DNA of 64,000 bases from NCBI RefSeq assembly GCF_006345805.1, contig NC_043010.1:35650001-35714000 (forward strand), read 5' to 3'. Under the pieces are notes generated by a model. That model was not told where the DNA came from. It was given only the letters and a program-made list of their open reading frames with translations, and ran no database searches. Shown here in pieces: positions 26,840 to 38,095 of the stretch. The position numbers were made by a program, and so were the translations under genes. Source of the DNA: Octopus sinensis (Eukaryota). Within the stretch, counting starts at the first letter, position 1; each line of letters begins with the position of its first letter.

Positions 26840-26840
26840 A
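26660..26840. repeat. Compound (TAC)n(CAC)n(TAC)n microsatellite
   Basis: Direct reading. One of many microsatellites; others include (TATC)/(TGTC) 1050-1262, (TA)n 17410-18290, (GA)n 29738-29850 and (CATA)n 30270-30520. Confidence 0.95.
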
Positions 26841-27102
26841 GATTACTCAAATTCAGTTTGATTAATGCTGGCCGAAAGATTTGTCTTGCAGAGAAGTGTT
26901 AGGGGTTGGTTAAGTAGGCGAGAAGGTGAAAGGCTGAGATGGGTGCGAGGGTGAGTGGTGGAGTGATAAATGACAATAATTCATGAGTGAACAAATATAA
27001 TAAAATACACGAATAAGAACAAAACGAAGATTAAAAAAAAAACAAATCAAAACATCAAAATCAGCAAAACAACACAATCGACTAAATCCTACCAACTTTC
27101 CC

Positions 27103-27137
<35 letters not shown>

Positions 27138-27278
27138 GCACGCGCGCGCGCGCACACACACACACACAGACGCATGCATGCATATTCTTACGCCCACGCG
27201 TACACATGCACACGCTTACACATACACGCCCGCGCACAGTAAGTAAAGATAAGAACATAGATAGGCCGCAGCGACCTC

Positions 27279-27303
27279 TATATATCAGATACGGCTTATA
27301 TAT
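27279..27303 (+). promoter_or_regulatory. Candidate TATA elements upstream of gene B
   Basis: Two TATATAT runs 70-95 nt upstream of the ATG. Weak evidence in such TA-rich DNA. Confidence 0.3.
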
Positions 27304-27373
27304 GCCTTTCTATTGAAGCCTGGTTCCAGACCATCATCGGTTTTGTCCAAGGAACACCACAACCAACAGCAAA

Positions 27374-27527
27374 ATGTTGAATATTTGGCAATTCTGTTTC
27401 TTTTGTTTAGTGCCACTGGCGGCCTCAACTGCTCCCAACTTGATGGCAATGCTCTCTCAGCAGAATGTCACCATTATGATAGATCTCATCGAGGCTGCTG
27501 ATCTTGCTGATTACGTGGCAATGCAAG
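27374..27527 (+). CDS. FAS1 gene B, exon 1 with signal peptide
   Basis: Encodes MLNIWQFCFFCLVPLAASTAPNLMAMLSQQNVTIMIDLIEAADLADYVAMQ. Donor CAAG|GTGAGT; 154 nt, phase 1. Confidence 0.9.
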
Positions 27528-28679
27528 GTGAGTACATACCACTATTACATCAACTAGCCAACACTATAATAAGGGGTAGCTACAACCACATCTTCTACAT
27601 TATCACAGCCAAACAACGCCGCTTCTGTAACAGTAAAATCCAACCTACGTTAACTTTAATCGCTAACTCAACCATTACTACAACTACTGTCACGACTTCT
27701 GTGCTAAGCACAACTGCAACCACTTCTGTCGCTACCAACATGACCCTTGTCACAGCAGCCACCCCAACAGTACATCAATTTTGGCCACGACTACTAACCA
27801 TCACTAGTACTACTAACTACCGCTATTACCATCACTATCGATCGACACAACCACCACGAATACTATCACCATTATCAGTACTAGCATCATCACTATCGCT
27901 TTCACCACCACCACCACCACCACCAATTTACAGACGTGACTGTCAATGGCGTCGATAAATAAATGAGTTTATAGCCCCCACACCCAAATCTTTGGCAACG
28001 CGAAGGAGTTAAAGATATATTTCTATAAAAAAAAGTTTTTCTGAAATTCATTTGTAAATATATTGCAGAGAAAGGAAGTTGATAAACATAATTTCTAACT
28101 TAAGTACAAATTTTTGAGGGAAGAGCTCGACTGGCACCAATAGACTGGGATTTTAATTGGCGCCAGAAGCCTTGCTCCAGCCGTTTGCAAAAGATGTCGA
28201 TTCATAGGCCCATCAGTGATTTCATTCGTTGATTTCCTTTGCTTTTTCCTTCGTCATTCCTATTCGAGTTTTTGGGGCATGGAGACAGAATTCTAGGTAA
28301 CACAATTCTGTCGTAATTCCTTCTCAAACTGTCCATGTTCAGAAACTCTTTGTTTGAAGCAATTTCGGCAAAACTTGTTTTGCCTTTGCTCGACAACGTG
28401 TATGTATGTTTTACATGCATAATTAATAACGGCAAAAAACCACAAAGTAGCGGAGCATGGGAAGATAAAATTTTGCTAAGGAAGTGAATGTTGTAATCTA
28501 GCTAGTATAAGAAAGAAATGGGAGGGGACTTGGGCGGTTTCTGTTTCAGCTCTGGTGTCGCGGTGGAAAGGGGTCCGAAAACACCTACAGAGCTGCTTCA
28601 CCGCTCTGATGAGATATGGACTCCCGCATTTGGAGACGAAATACAAGGGTACTTTCAGCACACAAGTTTTACCCTACAT

Positions 28680-29007
28680 CGATGGTTCTCACCCCTACCC
28701 ACTTTTTTTTATCTATGTACATCTGCTTTAACTCCTATTTTACTCTGATGGACCCTCATAGCCATTTGGTGTTTAATATATCCTATTATATCATTATAAT
28801 TAAATGTTATTAGGAATTGTATAAAAATTTTTAACATATATAGGCGCAGGAGTGGCTGTGTTGTAAGTAGCTTGTTTATCAACCACATGGTTCCGGGTTC
28901 AGTCCCACTGCGTGGCACCTTGGGCAAATGTCTTCTACTATAGCCTCGGGCCGACCAAAGTCTTGTGAGTGGATTTGGTAGATGGAAACTGAAAGAAGCC
29001 CGTCGTA

Positions 29008-29048
<41 letters not shown>

Positions 29049-29329
29049 TATATATATATTATATATATATATATATGTGTGTGTTTGTGTGTCTGTGTTT
29101 GTCCTCCTAGCATTGCTTGATAACCGATGCTGATGTGTTTATGTCCCCGTTACTTAGCGGTTCGGCAAAAGAGACCGATAGAATAAGTACTGGGCTTACA
29201 AAAGAATAAGTCCCGGGGTCGAGTTGCTCGATTAAAGGCGGTGCTCCAGCATGGCCGCAGTCAAATGACTTAAACAAGTAAAAGAGTAAAAGAGAGAGAA
29301 AGTATATGGACCCTGATTAAGAACTACTG
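28680..29329. mobile_element. hAT/Charlie-type MITE interrupted by SINE-A
   Basis: GATGGTTCTCACC ... GATTAAGAACTACTG; shares TTTTACT..GATGG..CCT..TA..CATTTGGT and GGACCCTG with the copy at 24129. Confidence 0.55.
28843..29293 (+). mobile_element. SINE-A (gene B intron 1)
   Basis: Full-length, near-consensus copy. Confidence 0.9.
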
Positions 29330-29733
29330 CTGCAAATGTATGTGTGTGTCACAGCTTGCTGTTGTTACTACTGCCAAGCGAATTGGCAAAATCATTCTCG
29401 ACGCTTTTGGCTTTTGGAAACGCATCGTTTCTCTCTTGTCCACACTATATATGTCCTGCTGCAAAACCGGTTTGTCCATCCACACGGTTTTTGTTTAATG
29501 TCAGCAGAGAAATGTGTTTCTTTTTGGACGGGGTGGGAGCGCTGCTGTTTTGTTTGGAGGCCATTAAGTCGTGCGTGGAAGGGGGGAAAAAAAATGACGA
29601 ATGAAAAATGTTCAAATAGTTTGTCCTGCTTCCCCACAGCCAAAATATAAACGAGGGGAAAAAAATTATTAAATCTCTCATTCTAGATTTATAAACAAGA
29701 CAACTCGCGCGATACAACTCGCGATATATGAAT

Positions 29734-29800
<67 letters not shown>

Positions 29801-29910
29801 AGAAGAGAGAGAGGAGAGAGAGAGAGAGAGAGAGAAGAGAGAGAGAGAAATGATGGGAGGACTAAAATAAAATGAGCGCGTCAGCTCACGCTAAAATACT
29901 CCTCCTCCTC

Positions 29911-29941
<31 letters not shown>

Positions 29942-30810
29942 CACCACCACCACCACCACTACTACTACTACTACAATTCTACTACTACTACTAGTCAATT
30001 ATGTGTGTGTCTGTTGAAAGCTGACATTGATAGTTTTGGTTTTCATTACGCGAAGTGGATGAGAAGTGTTCCCCCAGTTTTTCGTTATTCCCCTGGATAG
30101 GACACTAGTTTATCGCAGGCACCACTTCCCGGATAAATCAACCCGGTGGTAATTTATTCCTGATTACCGCTACATCATCTGAGCCAACTTTATTAGACTA
30201 ACAGAAGAAGCACACACACACACACACAACACACACACACACACACATACATGCACGCATGCACGTACACATACGCATACATACATACATACATACATAC
30301 ATACATACATACATACATACATACGTACATACATACAAAATACTTACATAAATACATACATACATACATACATACATACATACATACATACATACGTACA
30401 TACATACAAAATACTTACATAAATACATACATACATACATACATACATACATACATACGTACATACATACAAAATACTTACATAAATACATACATACATA
30501 CATACATACATACATACATGAATGCATACTATACCTTGACCAGCACCCCCCCCCCACAACCGCATTCTCTTCCACCGTCACCACCAGTGTCACTGCAACA
30601 TCCCGCTTCTTCCATATCACCACTGCCATCACTACTACTACCATTACCATAACCACCACCATCATCATCCCCACCACCACCACTTCCAGCATCGTTACCA
30701 CCATCACTCCATCACCAGCAATTACCACCACAACCATCGTTACTACCACCACAATTACCACTCACCTCGACCATCAGCTTAAAAAATAAACTGCTGTTCC
30801 CTTTTTGCAG

Positions 30811-31028
30811 GTCCCATGACACTGATAGCTCCCACCGATGAAGCATTCAGAAACCAGCCAGCAGGTTATATCGACGATCTAAAAGCAGACAAGGCCCGCA
30901 TAAAGCATTACGTTAGATATCATTTGATACACGGTGACATATTCAGCTGGGATATCTCACGCAGCACCAACATCCGGGCACAAAATGGCCATATCCTTCG
31001 TTTTTACTATCGTTCGAAACACTTTGGA
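30811..31028 (+). CDS. FAS1 gene B, exon 2
   Basis: Acceptor CTTTTTGCAG|GT and donor GGA|GTAAGT; 218 nt, phase 1 to 0. Encodes GPMTLIAPTDEAF (H1) ... VRYHLI (YH) ... RFYYRSKHFG. Confidence 0.92.
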
Positions 31029-31280
31029 GTAAGTGGTTCTTTTCTTTGTTTTTCTCTTTCTACTTTTTGCTTGTTACAACGGATGCTTCCCGTTCTCAAC
31101 GCATGGCTATGATGCTACCCCACTACTTCTGCTCGTGATCAGAGATGCACATATCGTCAGCCACTAATGGACATGCTGAACCAGTTATGGTCAAACAACT
31201 GAAAAGCAAATCTGTGGTACTGAGCAGAAAATTTGCTGTAGTCCATCTTTTATACCAAGACAAATTATTTATTTCTTTAC

Positions 31281-31342
<62 letters not shown>

Positions 31343-31663
31343 TAGTTTTATTTTTATAGCGTGATTTCACTTCACTACCGAGCGCAGCTCTGTGTGCCTT
31401 GGGTATGTGCTGTGATTTGTTGTGATGCTCTGATGGTGACTGTATTGAAAGTGTTCTGCGTAGGATGTGTGCAGTGCCCAGTAGTGCAATTTTCTGTATG
31501 TTATATGTGTTTGTAAGTCCTGGTGTTTTTGTTATGTATTTGTCTGAATATTTTTTTTATCATGCCTAATGCACCTACTATGATAGGAATTGTTTCTGTT
31601 TTTAGATTCCTGCTTTTATTATTATTATTATTATTTCAATTGTTCCTTTCTTTCATTCGTCAG

Positions 31664-31868
31664 GAAGTACCTTCTCTGAGAGTGAATACAGCCAATGTGG
31701 TCAAACACGATATCCAAGCTAATAACGGCGTTATTCAGTTGGTGGATGATGTCCTTAACGTGCCCGAAGGTACAGTGGAAGAGGTACTTGTGCGTGACAG
31801 CAACTTGACCACTATTGCTAACATCACATTTATTAGCCATCTGAACAGCTTGCTGAATAAAACTCGAG
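31664..31868 (+). CDS. FAS1 gene B, exon 3
   Basis: Acceptor TTCGTCAG|GAA and donor CGAG|GTGAGT; 205 nt, phase 0 to 1. Encodes EVPSLRVNTANVVKHDIQANNGVIQLVDDVLNVPEGTVEEVL... (H2 motif with His replaced by Gln). Confidence 0.9.
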
Positions 31869-31980
31869 GTGAGTTGCTTGTTGCTGCCATTAGAACTGAA
31901 AACGTTAGACAAATAGGTGGGTAAGGCGGTGTTAAATTATGAACGCATCTACCGAAGGAGCTTGTTACCATCGCTGTTCT

Positions 31981-32325
31981 TAGTTAGTTAGTTAGTTAGT
32001 TAGTTAATTTGGCTCAAAAGCAAATAGCAAGGTCATGTAGGGGGACATGGAGTTAAGTACAGGGTGGTGTTCATGTAAAGAGTTCAGGCCACTTGAGGTC
32101 AAGGGAGGCTTTGAACAAAGCGGTCGTCGGCATCTTCACCATCTCGTCTGGCAGCTTGTTCCACGGATCCGCAACCCGGACGGAGAAAGCTCCTCTCCTT
32201 CGATTGAGATGAAATCGTCGTAGGTAGAGCTTTTCGGAATGACCCCGCAGCCGACGCTCTGGAGCAGGAGTGAAGAACAGCTCTTTCGAGAGGTTACACT
32301 TTCCGCTTATGATCCTTGATAATAA
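31981..32325 (-). mobile_element. CR1-type LINE 3' fragment
   Basis: RGHSEKL...RRGAFSVRVADPWNKLP...FKASLD, then a short 3' UTR and an (AACT)n tail. Confidence 0.8.
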
Positions 32326-32510
32326 CCAGTTCACAGTAAAGTTTGCCGACTTGGATTGATAATAGAGTATAACTGTTATCCCTTTTCAGTCCTAGTATTA
32401 TTTCCATTAAATAAGGGAATTCCTATTTATAAGTCCCCTGAGAACTTGGATAAACTTGGAAAATTTCCCTTTGAAAAGTATGCTTGGTGAATTTTTTTTT
32501 TATGGAAGAC

Positions 32511-32910
32511 AAGCAGTTGTGGCTGTGTTGTAAGTAGCTTGTTTACCAACCACATGGTTCCGGGTTCAGTCCCACTGCGTGGCACCTTGGGCAAGTGTCT
32601 TCTACTATAGCCTCGGGCCGACCAAAGCCTTGTCAGTGGATTTGGTAGACGGAAACTGGAAAGAAGCCCGTCGTATATATGTATATATGCGTGTGTGTGT
32701 TTGTGTGTCTGTGTTTGACCCCCTAGCATTGCTTGACAACCGATGCTGGTGTGTTTATGTCCCCGTAACTTAGCGGTTCGGCAAAAGAGACCGATAGAAT
32801 AAGTACTGGGCTTACAAAAAGAATAAGTCCCAGGGTCGAGTTGCTCGATTAAAGGCGGTGCTCCAGCATGGCCGCAGTCAAATGACTGAAAACAAGTAAA
32901 AGAGTAAAGA
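32511..32910 (+). mobile_element. SINE-A (gene B intron 3)
   Basis: Near full-length copy. Confidence 0.9.
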
Positions 32911-33189
32911 GAGAGAGTTGCTCATGTTTGCAAACCTTCTCTCTCCACGTCACTGATGTCTTCCAAGTGTAATAAAAGTGCATATTCAACTTATGTTGCA
33001 AATACGAGCAAACTTTAATGCACGTCTGTATTGGAGATATGTAGAGCATATTATAAACATAAAGAAATATAAATATTCAAATAATTTAGTTTCTTGGACA
33101 CAAATAAATTTCGTATGATCCAACACACTCATCAGTGACACGAAAAACGGGAAATAATGTTGAAGTGCAGTTATTTAAAACTTTCTTGA

Positions 33190-33393
33190 AACCAACCCGC
33201 CTGACACTGTTCTTGGTTCTTCGATGTAAATTTTTTGTTTTAAAGTGACCTAAATCAAAACCCTCATCAAATTTTCATGTTAATCCCTGTTCCAAATATC
33301 AGCGAAGAAAGTTATTTTACTAAATTCTTCATTATGTTCAAAATTAACCGAAACAAAAACTGTGATTCAAACAAAAATATGGTGACGAAAGGG
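33190..33393. mobile_element. piggyBac-type MITE relic (one clear end)
   Basis: Right end GACGAAAGGG|TTAA; left end eroded. Confidence 0.4.
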
Positions 33394-33522
33394 TTAAGAG
33401 TTCAATCTTGCACGACGCATTTTATTTACTATACAACAGTTGTTGGTGGTTTAATTTCATCGAACGATGAATGCGAAAACGTTCAGCTCTCCACAATTTT
33501 CACATGCGTATTTAATGTATTA

Positions 33523-33752
33523 CAGTAATCCCTCGCCATATCGCGGTTCATCTATCGCGGTTCATCTATCGCGGTTTAAGCTTACTTCGATTCCTTCATG
33601 GTGTGTTGTTTTGCATTTATAATAAAATAAATATATACAAATTATAAAAATAATAAAATATATCCAGTACAGTACTGTTTCTACTTTGTAGATTTTCACC
33701 TATCGCGGGTGGGTTTTGGAACGTAACATCCGCGATGGTCGAGGGATTATTG
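33523..33752. mobile_element. Tigger/pogo-type MITE
   Basis: TA TSD, TIR CAGTAATCCCTCG / CGAGGGATTATTG, internal TATCGCGG repeats. Confidence 0.8.
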
Positions 33753-34565
33753 TATATATCCTATTAATTTGAACACTTATATGTCAAAATACAGATCAGT
33801 ACTTAAGCAGTGAAAAATTTAATTCTCTAAAGTAGTCTGGTCATAAACATTCGGATGCTTAATTTTGGATTCGTGATATTGAAATCGTTCTTTTGTACTG
33901 TTTGAGCAGACTTACGTGACCATCTGATCTTGTTATCACTATATAATGGCTACTTTGTATAATGCCTTCACCTTATTTAAAACAATAGATTCTGATCGAG
34001 GGAGATTTGACTGTCCTTTTTAGCAAATCGTGCGATCATGTAGAAGCTCTTCATTTAGCACACAGTTTCATGATGTTATAGACGGAGCGGATTCTTTTCT
34101 TGGACGGAGCGATAGTTTACCACAGATGAGCACCAACCTTCTTAGTTTATAGTGAAGACTGTATTTGTATATGATGAATCTAAAGTGAAATGAGCTGCTG
34201 CACACTCACACACACACACACACACACTCACTCACTCACTTACGCACGCACGCGCAGCAATGTAATCGGGACTACGGCCTAGTTCTTCAGGCAGAGAGAA
34301 TGTCAGTGGACTTTTATCCAAATACAAAACACCCCCTCGGTTAATCTGGTAAACTATCGCCGAGATTTACTGAGTAATATAGAATAGATTGCAAAATAAA
34401 ATGCCTGTAGTTGATTAGAACATGAGACATCTGAACAGGCCGTCGCCGTCGCCGACATCTTCGAAAATGATTTCCCAATGAAATATCAATGTTTTTAAAA
34501 TACAAAGTTATGTTGGCAGTAATTCTGAAATTTGATTTTTTTTTTCGTTTTTCCCATCTTCTCAG

Positions 34566-34667
34566 CTGGTCGTCGCCAGACAGTATTTGCACCAAGTGAC
34601 GATGCTTTCGCAAGAATGGACCAAAGTGTTTTGCAGAAAATCATCCAGCATTCTAATCTAGCGAGAG
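34566..34667 (+). CDS. FAS1 gene B, exon 4
   Basis: Acceptor CTTCTCAG|CT and donor AGAG|GTTGGT; 102 nt, phase 1 to 1. Encodes AGRRQTVFAPSDDAFARMDQSVLQKIIQHSNLAR (H1 of domain 2). Confidence 0.88.
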
Positions 34668-34676
34668 GTTGGTATG

Positions 34677-34743
<67 letters not shown>

Positions 34744-35269
34744 AATCAATTTCCATTGTCATGGAACCTCACCCCCCCCCCCAAAAAAAAAACAATGTTC
34801 TCCTTTTCTAAACAAACCCCTACCAAACATCTGTTTTATATAAATGAACAAGCTGTTTGTACATTCACAAAACTCTATTTGACAAGTTCGAGACACGAAC
34901 GAAAGCGCTAATAATAATGAATAAATAAAAAGATTTTTCCCCAAAATTCTAGAATTGTAAATAGCAAACTGATCTGCATAAAAAGGTTAACAAGATGAGT
35001 AGTCCATCAAATGAGTCCGATATTAATGTATGCTTTTCACCCCACGTGTATTACACGTAGCTTCTAATAGTTTTACGTACATGACAAGTACGTTCATCAG
35101 GCGATGATTATTCAATGAAACCAAGGAGTTTAAATAGAGCACCAGGCGAGAGGCGATGCTAAAGCAAACCATATTTAATAGAAAATTCTATTACAGGTGA
35201 GCTAGCAAATTGAATCGATGCAAAGCCTTCAGATGAATTTAAATCGAAAATAAAAGCAAAACCACAAAG

Positions 35270-35440
35270 TTGGCGAGTCACATTTGGGCCGTGAAAGAGA
35301 GAAATGTCCCATATGTGATCAAATGGAAAATAATAGAAAAGTCTAAACCATACATGAATGGATGTAATAGATGTATGCTTTGCTTGGCCGAAAGGGCGCA
35401 GATTTTATTTAGATCCGAGATTCCGAGTTCGGAATCATTC
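35270..35440 (+). mobile_element. Penelope-like element GIY-YIG C-terminal fragment
   Basis: LASHIWAVKERNVPYVIKWKIIEKSKPYMNGCNRCMLCLAERAQIL matches the LSxHIW...WKI...Y...CxLCxxEK pattern. Confidence 0.7.
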
Positions 35441-35632
35441 CTATGTTGTGACGGAGAAAAACGAGAGTATTATTATAGTAAGAAGATTATCTTTCTCGTA
35501 TCTCCTCCTACTTGTGCGCATGTGCAGCATCTTTGGTTACTATGGAAACAGAGCTTTTCGCCACGGTGATATGTAAAACATTCGCTTCTGATTAGCTTAA
35601 ATACCCAAATTCTGTAAACTTTAAAGGGTCCC

Positions 35633-36023
35633 TTTTACTTGTTTCAGTCATTTGACTGCGGCCATGCTGGAGCACCGCCTTTAGTCGAGCAAATCGATCC
35701 CAGGACTTATTCTTTGTAAGCCTAGTACTTATTCTATCGGTCTCTTTTCCGAACTACTAAGTTACGGGGACGTAAACACACCAGCATCGGTTGTCAAGCG
35801 ATGTTGGGGGGGGGGGGGGCAAACACAGACACACACAAATACAGACACACACACACACACATATATATACGACGGGCTTTTTTCAGTTTCCGTCTACTAA
35901 ATCCACTGACAAGGGTTTGGTCGGCCCGAGGCTATAGTAGAAGACACTTGCCCCAATGTGCCACGCAGTGGGACTGAACCCGAAACTATGTGGTTGGTAA
36001 GCAAGCTACTTACCACACAGCCA
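35633..36023 (-). mobile_element. SINE-A (gene B intron 4)
   Basis: Reverse-complement homology to family A. Confidence 0.9.
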
Positions 36024-36524
36024 ACTTTTTAATTGTGGATTTATAGAGAAAATGAATTTCATTTTCATAGTTAGTATACAAAACTTAATCCATATATCAA
36101 ATTTGAAAACACCTGGAACAAAATTGTAAGCAGTGACGAAAACCACAAAGTTCCCAATTGTTTTTCTACCAACTCTGCCTGCAAAGCCGGTTTATGCAGG
36201 AATTCGAAGTGAAAATCTACGTAATGTTTGCATTTTTAGACAGTATAGTGACACTTCAGCAGACTTTTTCGCTTCATATTGTTTGGATTATAATTTACTC
36301 TTCGTCCAACCCCACACAACGGTTTTATTGTCGTGAAACCAGGATTTTCTACACTTGAAGAATTTCGGTCTGGAATCTGACAAGTGTTGAATTGCCCAGA
36401 ACCGGGGTTGAGAGCTTCTCTGGAAATACCCTACCTTTATACTCTACCAGTACCCGGTAGGGTATGTATGTATGTATGTATGTATGTATGTATGTATGTA
36501 TGTATGTATGTATTCTTTTATTTT

Positions 36525-36733
36525 CTTTTACTTTTACTTGTTTCAGTCATTTGACTGCGGCCATGCAGGAGCACCGCCTTTAGTCGAGCAACTCGACCCC
36601 GGGACTTATTCTTTGTAAGCCCAGTACTTATTCTATCGGTCTCTTTTGCCGAACCGCTAAGTGACGGGGACATAAACACACCAGCATCGGTTGTCAAGCA
36701 ATGCTAGGGGGACAAACACAGACACACAAACAT

Positions 36734-36764
<31 letters not shown>

Positions 36765-36930
36765 CATATATACGACGGGCTTCTTTCAGTTTCCGTCTAC
36801 CAAATCCACTCACAAGGCATTGGTTGGCCCGAGGCTATAGCAGAAGACACTTGCCCAAGATGCCACGCAGTGGGACTGAACCCGGAACCATGTGGTTGGT
36901 TAGCAAGCTACTTACCACACAGCCACGCCT
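36525..36930 (-). mobile_element. SINE-A (gene B intron 4)
   Basis: Reverse-complement, near-consensus copy. Confidence 0.9.
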
Positions 36931-37085
36931 ATTTATTGGCTAAGCTTATGCAGGACAACTTTGCTACATTATCATCACCATCGTCTTCCTTGATATTGTC
37001 GCCGTCGTCGTTGTTGGTGTCGTTATTGTTGTTGTTTTTATTATTATTATTATTATTATTATTTTATTTTATTTTATTTTTTCAG

Positions 37086-37202
37086 AGCTGATGAGCTTTC
37101 ATATTCACCCTGGAACTTTAACAATTGATCAGCTGAAATCTTCACATTCGTCGTTTATTTCAACAAATCTTTTCTTTGATGATATACATCTCAGCACGTC
37201 AG
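37086..37202 (+). CDS. FAS1 gene B, exon 5
   Basis: Acceptor TTTTTCAG|AG and donor TCAG|GTATGT; 117 nt, phase 1 to 1. Encodes ELMSFHIHPGTLTIDQLKSSHSSFISTNLFFDDIHLSTS (FH at the YH motif position). Confidence 0.85.
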
Positions 37203-37219
37203 GTATGTATACACACACA

Positions 37220-37250
<31 letters not shown>

Positions 37251-37711
37251 CACTCTCTCTCTCTCTCTCTCCCTCTCTCTCATATACAATAGCGCTAACT
37301 TGCTATCTTAAAGATAGCACGTCTTCGCTTCAGTGGGGTTTATTTGGAGGGCACTTAGTGTATATTTTTGCACGGGAATAAAGGCGTAAATAGTAAAATA
37401 CATCAATTTGACTGGGTAAGTCACAAAGCAAAGGTTGAGAATCACTGATGTAAAGGATTCTTCATTGACTGAAAATGTTTATTGCTTTTATTGTTTTGCC
37501 CTATGTTACACTGTGGTTCAAAGCCTTTCAGCCATGAACATCTGTCTTTTTGTATAACGAAGATTACATTCTTTACTGTACGAGGTAGTTTCAAAAAGTT
37601 CCAGGACTAGTTATATTTGATAAAAAGCAACTTATTTACGCTCTTTTTACTCTTTTACTTGTTTCAGTCATTTGACTGCGGCCATGTTGGAGCACCGCCT
37701 TTGTGTGAAAC

Positions 37712-37819
37712 GCTTACAGCACCTAGGTTTCCCAAGCGGTCACCCATCTAAGTACTCACTAAGCTCGACGTTGCTTAACTTCGGTGATCGGACGAGAACC
37801 GGTGCTTTCAACGTGATAT
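37712..37819 (-). pseudogene. 5S rRNA-derived sequence, 5'-truncated by about 10 nt
   Basis: ATATCACGTTGAAAGCACCGGTTCTCGTCCGATCACCGAAGTTAAGCAACGTCGAGCTTAGTGAGTACTTAGATGGGTGACCGCTTGGGAAACCTAGGTGCTGTAAGC is metazoan 5S with box A and box C. It lacks a T4 terminator and the 5S array context. Confidence 0.9.
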
Positions 37820-37851
37820 CATCTTCGAAATAGTCAGCTTGCGCAGCAATA

Positions 37852-38095
37852 CAGTAATCCCTCGCCATATCGCGGTTCACCTATCGCGGTTCACCTATCG
37901 CGGTTCACCTATCGCGGTATATTATTTAAGCTCACGTCTATTCCTCCGTGGTGTTGTTTTGCATTTATGATAAAATGAATATATACAAATTATAAAAATA
38001 AAAAAAAAATATACAGTACTGTTTCTACTTCGCGGATTTTCACCTATCGCAGGGCGTTTTGGAACGTAACACCCACAATAGTCGAGTGATTACTG
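37852..38095. mobile_element. Tigger/pogo-type MITE (same family), nested in the mariner
   Basis: TA TSD at 37850-37851 and 38096-38097, TIR CAGTAATCCCTCG / CGAGTGATTACTG; homologous to 33523-33752. Confidence 0.85.

Noticed and set aside
30270-30520. Higher-order repeat within (CATA)n
   Set aside because: Explained by ordinary slippage amplification of an interrupted microsatellite.
37712-37819. Functional 5S rRNA gene
   Set aside because: 5'-truncated, no T4 terminator, single copy inside a transposon.
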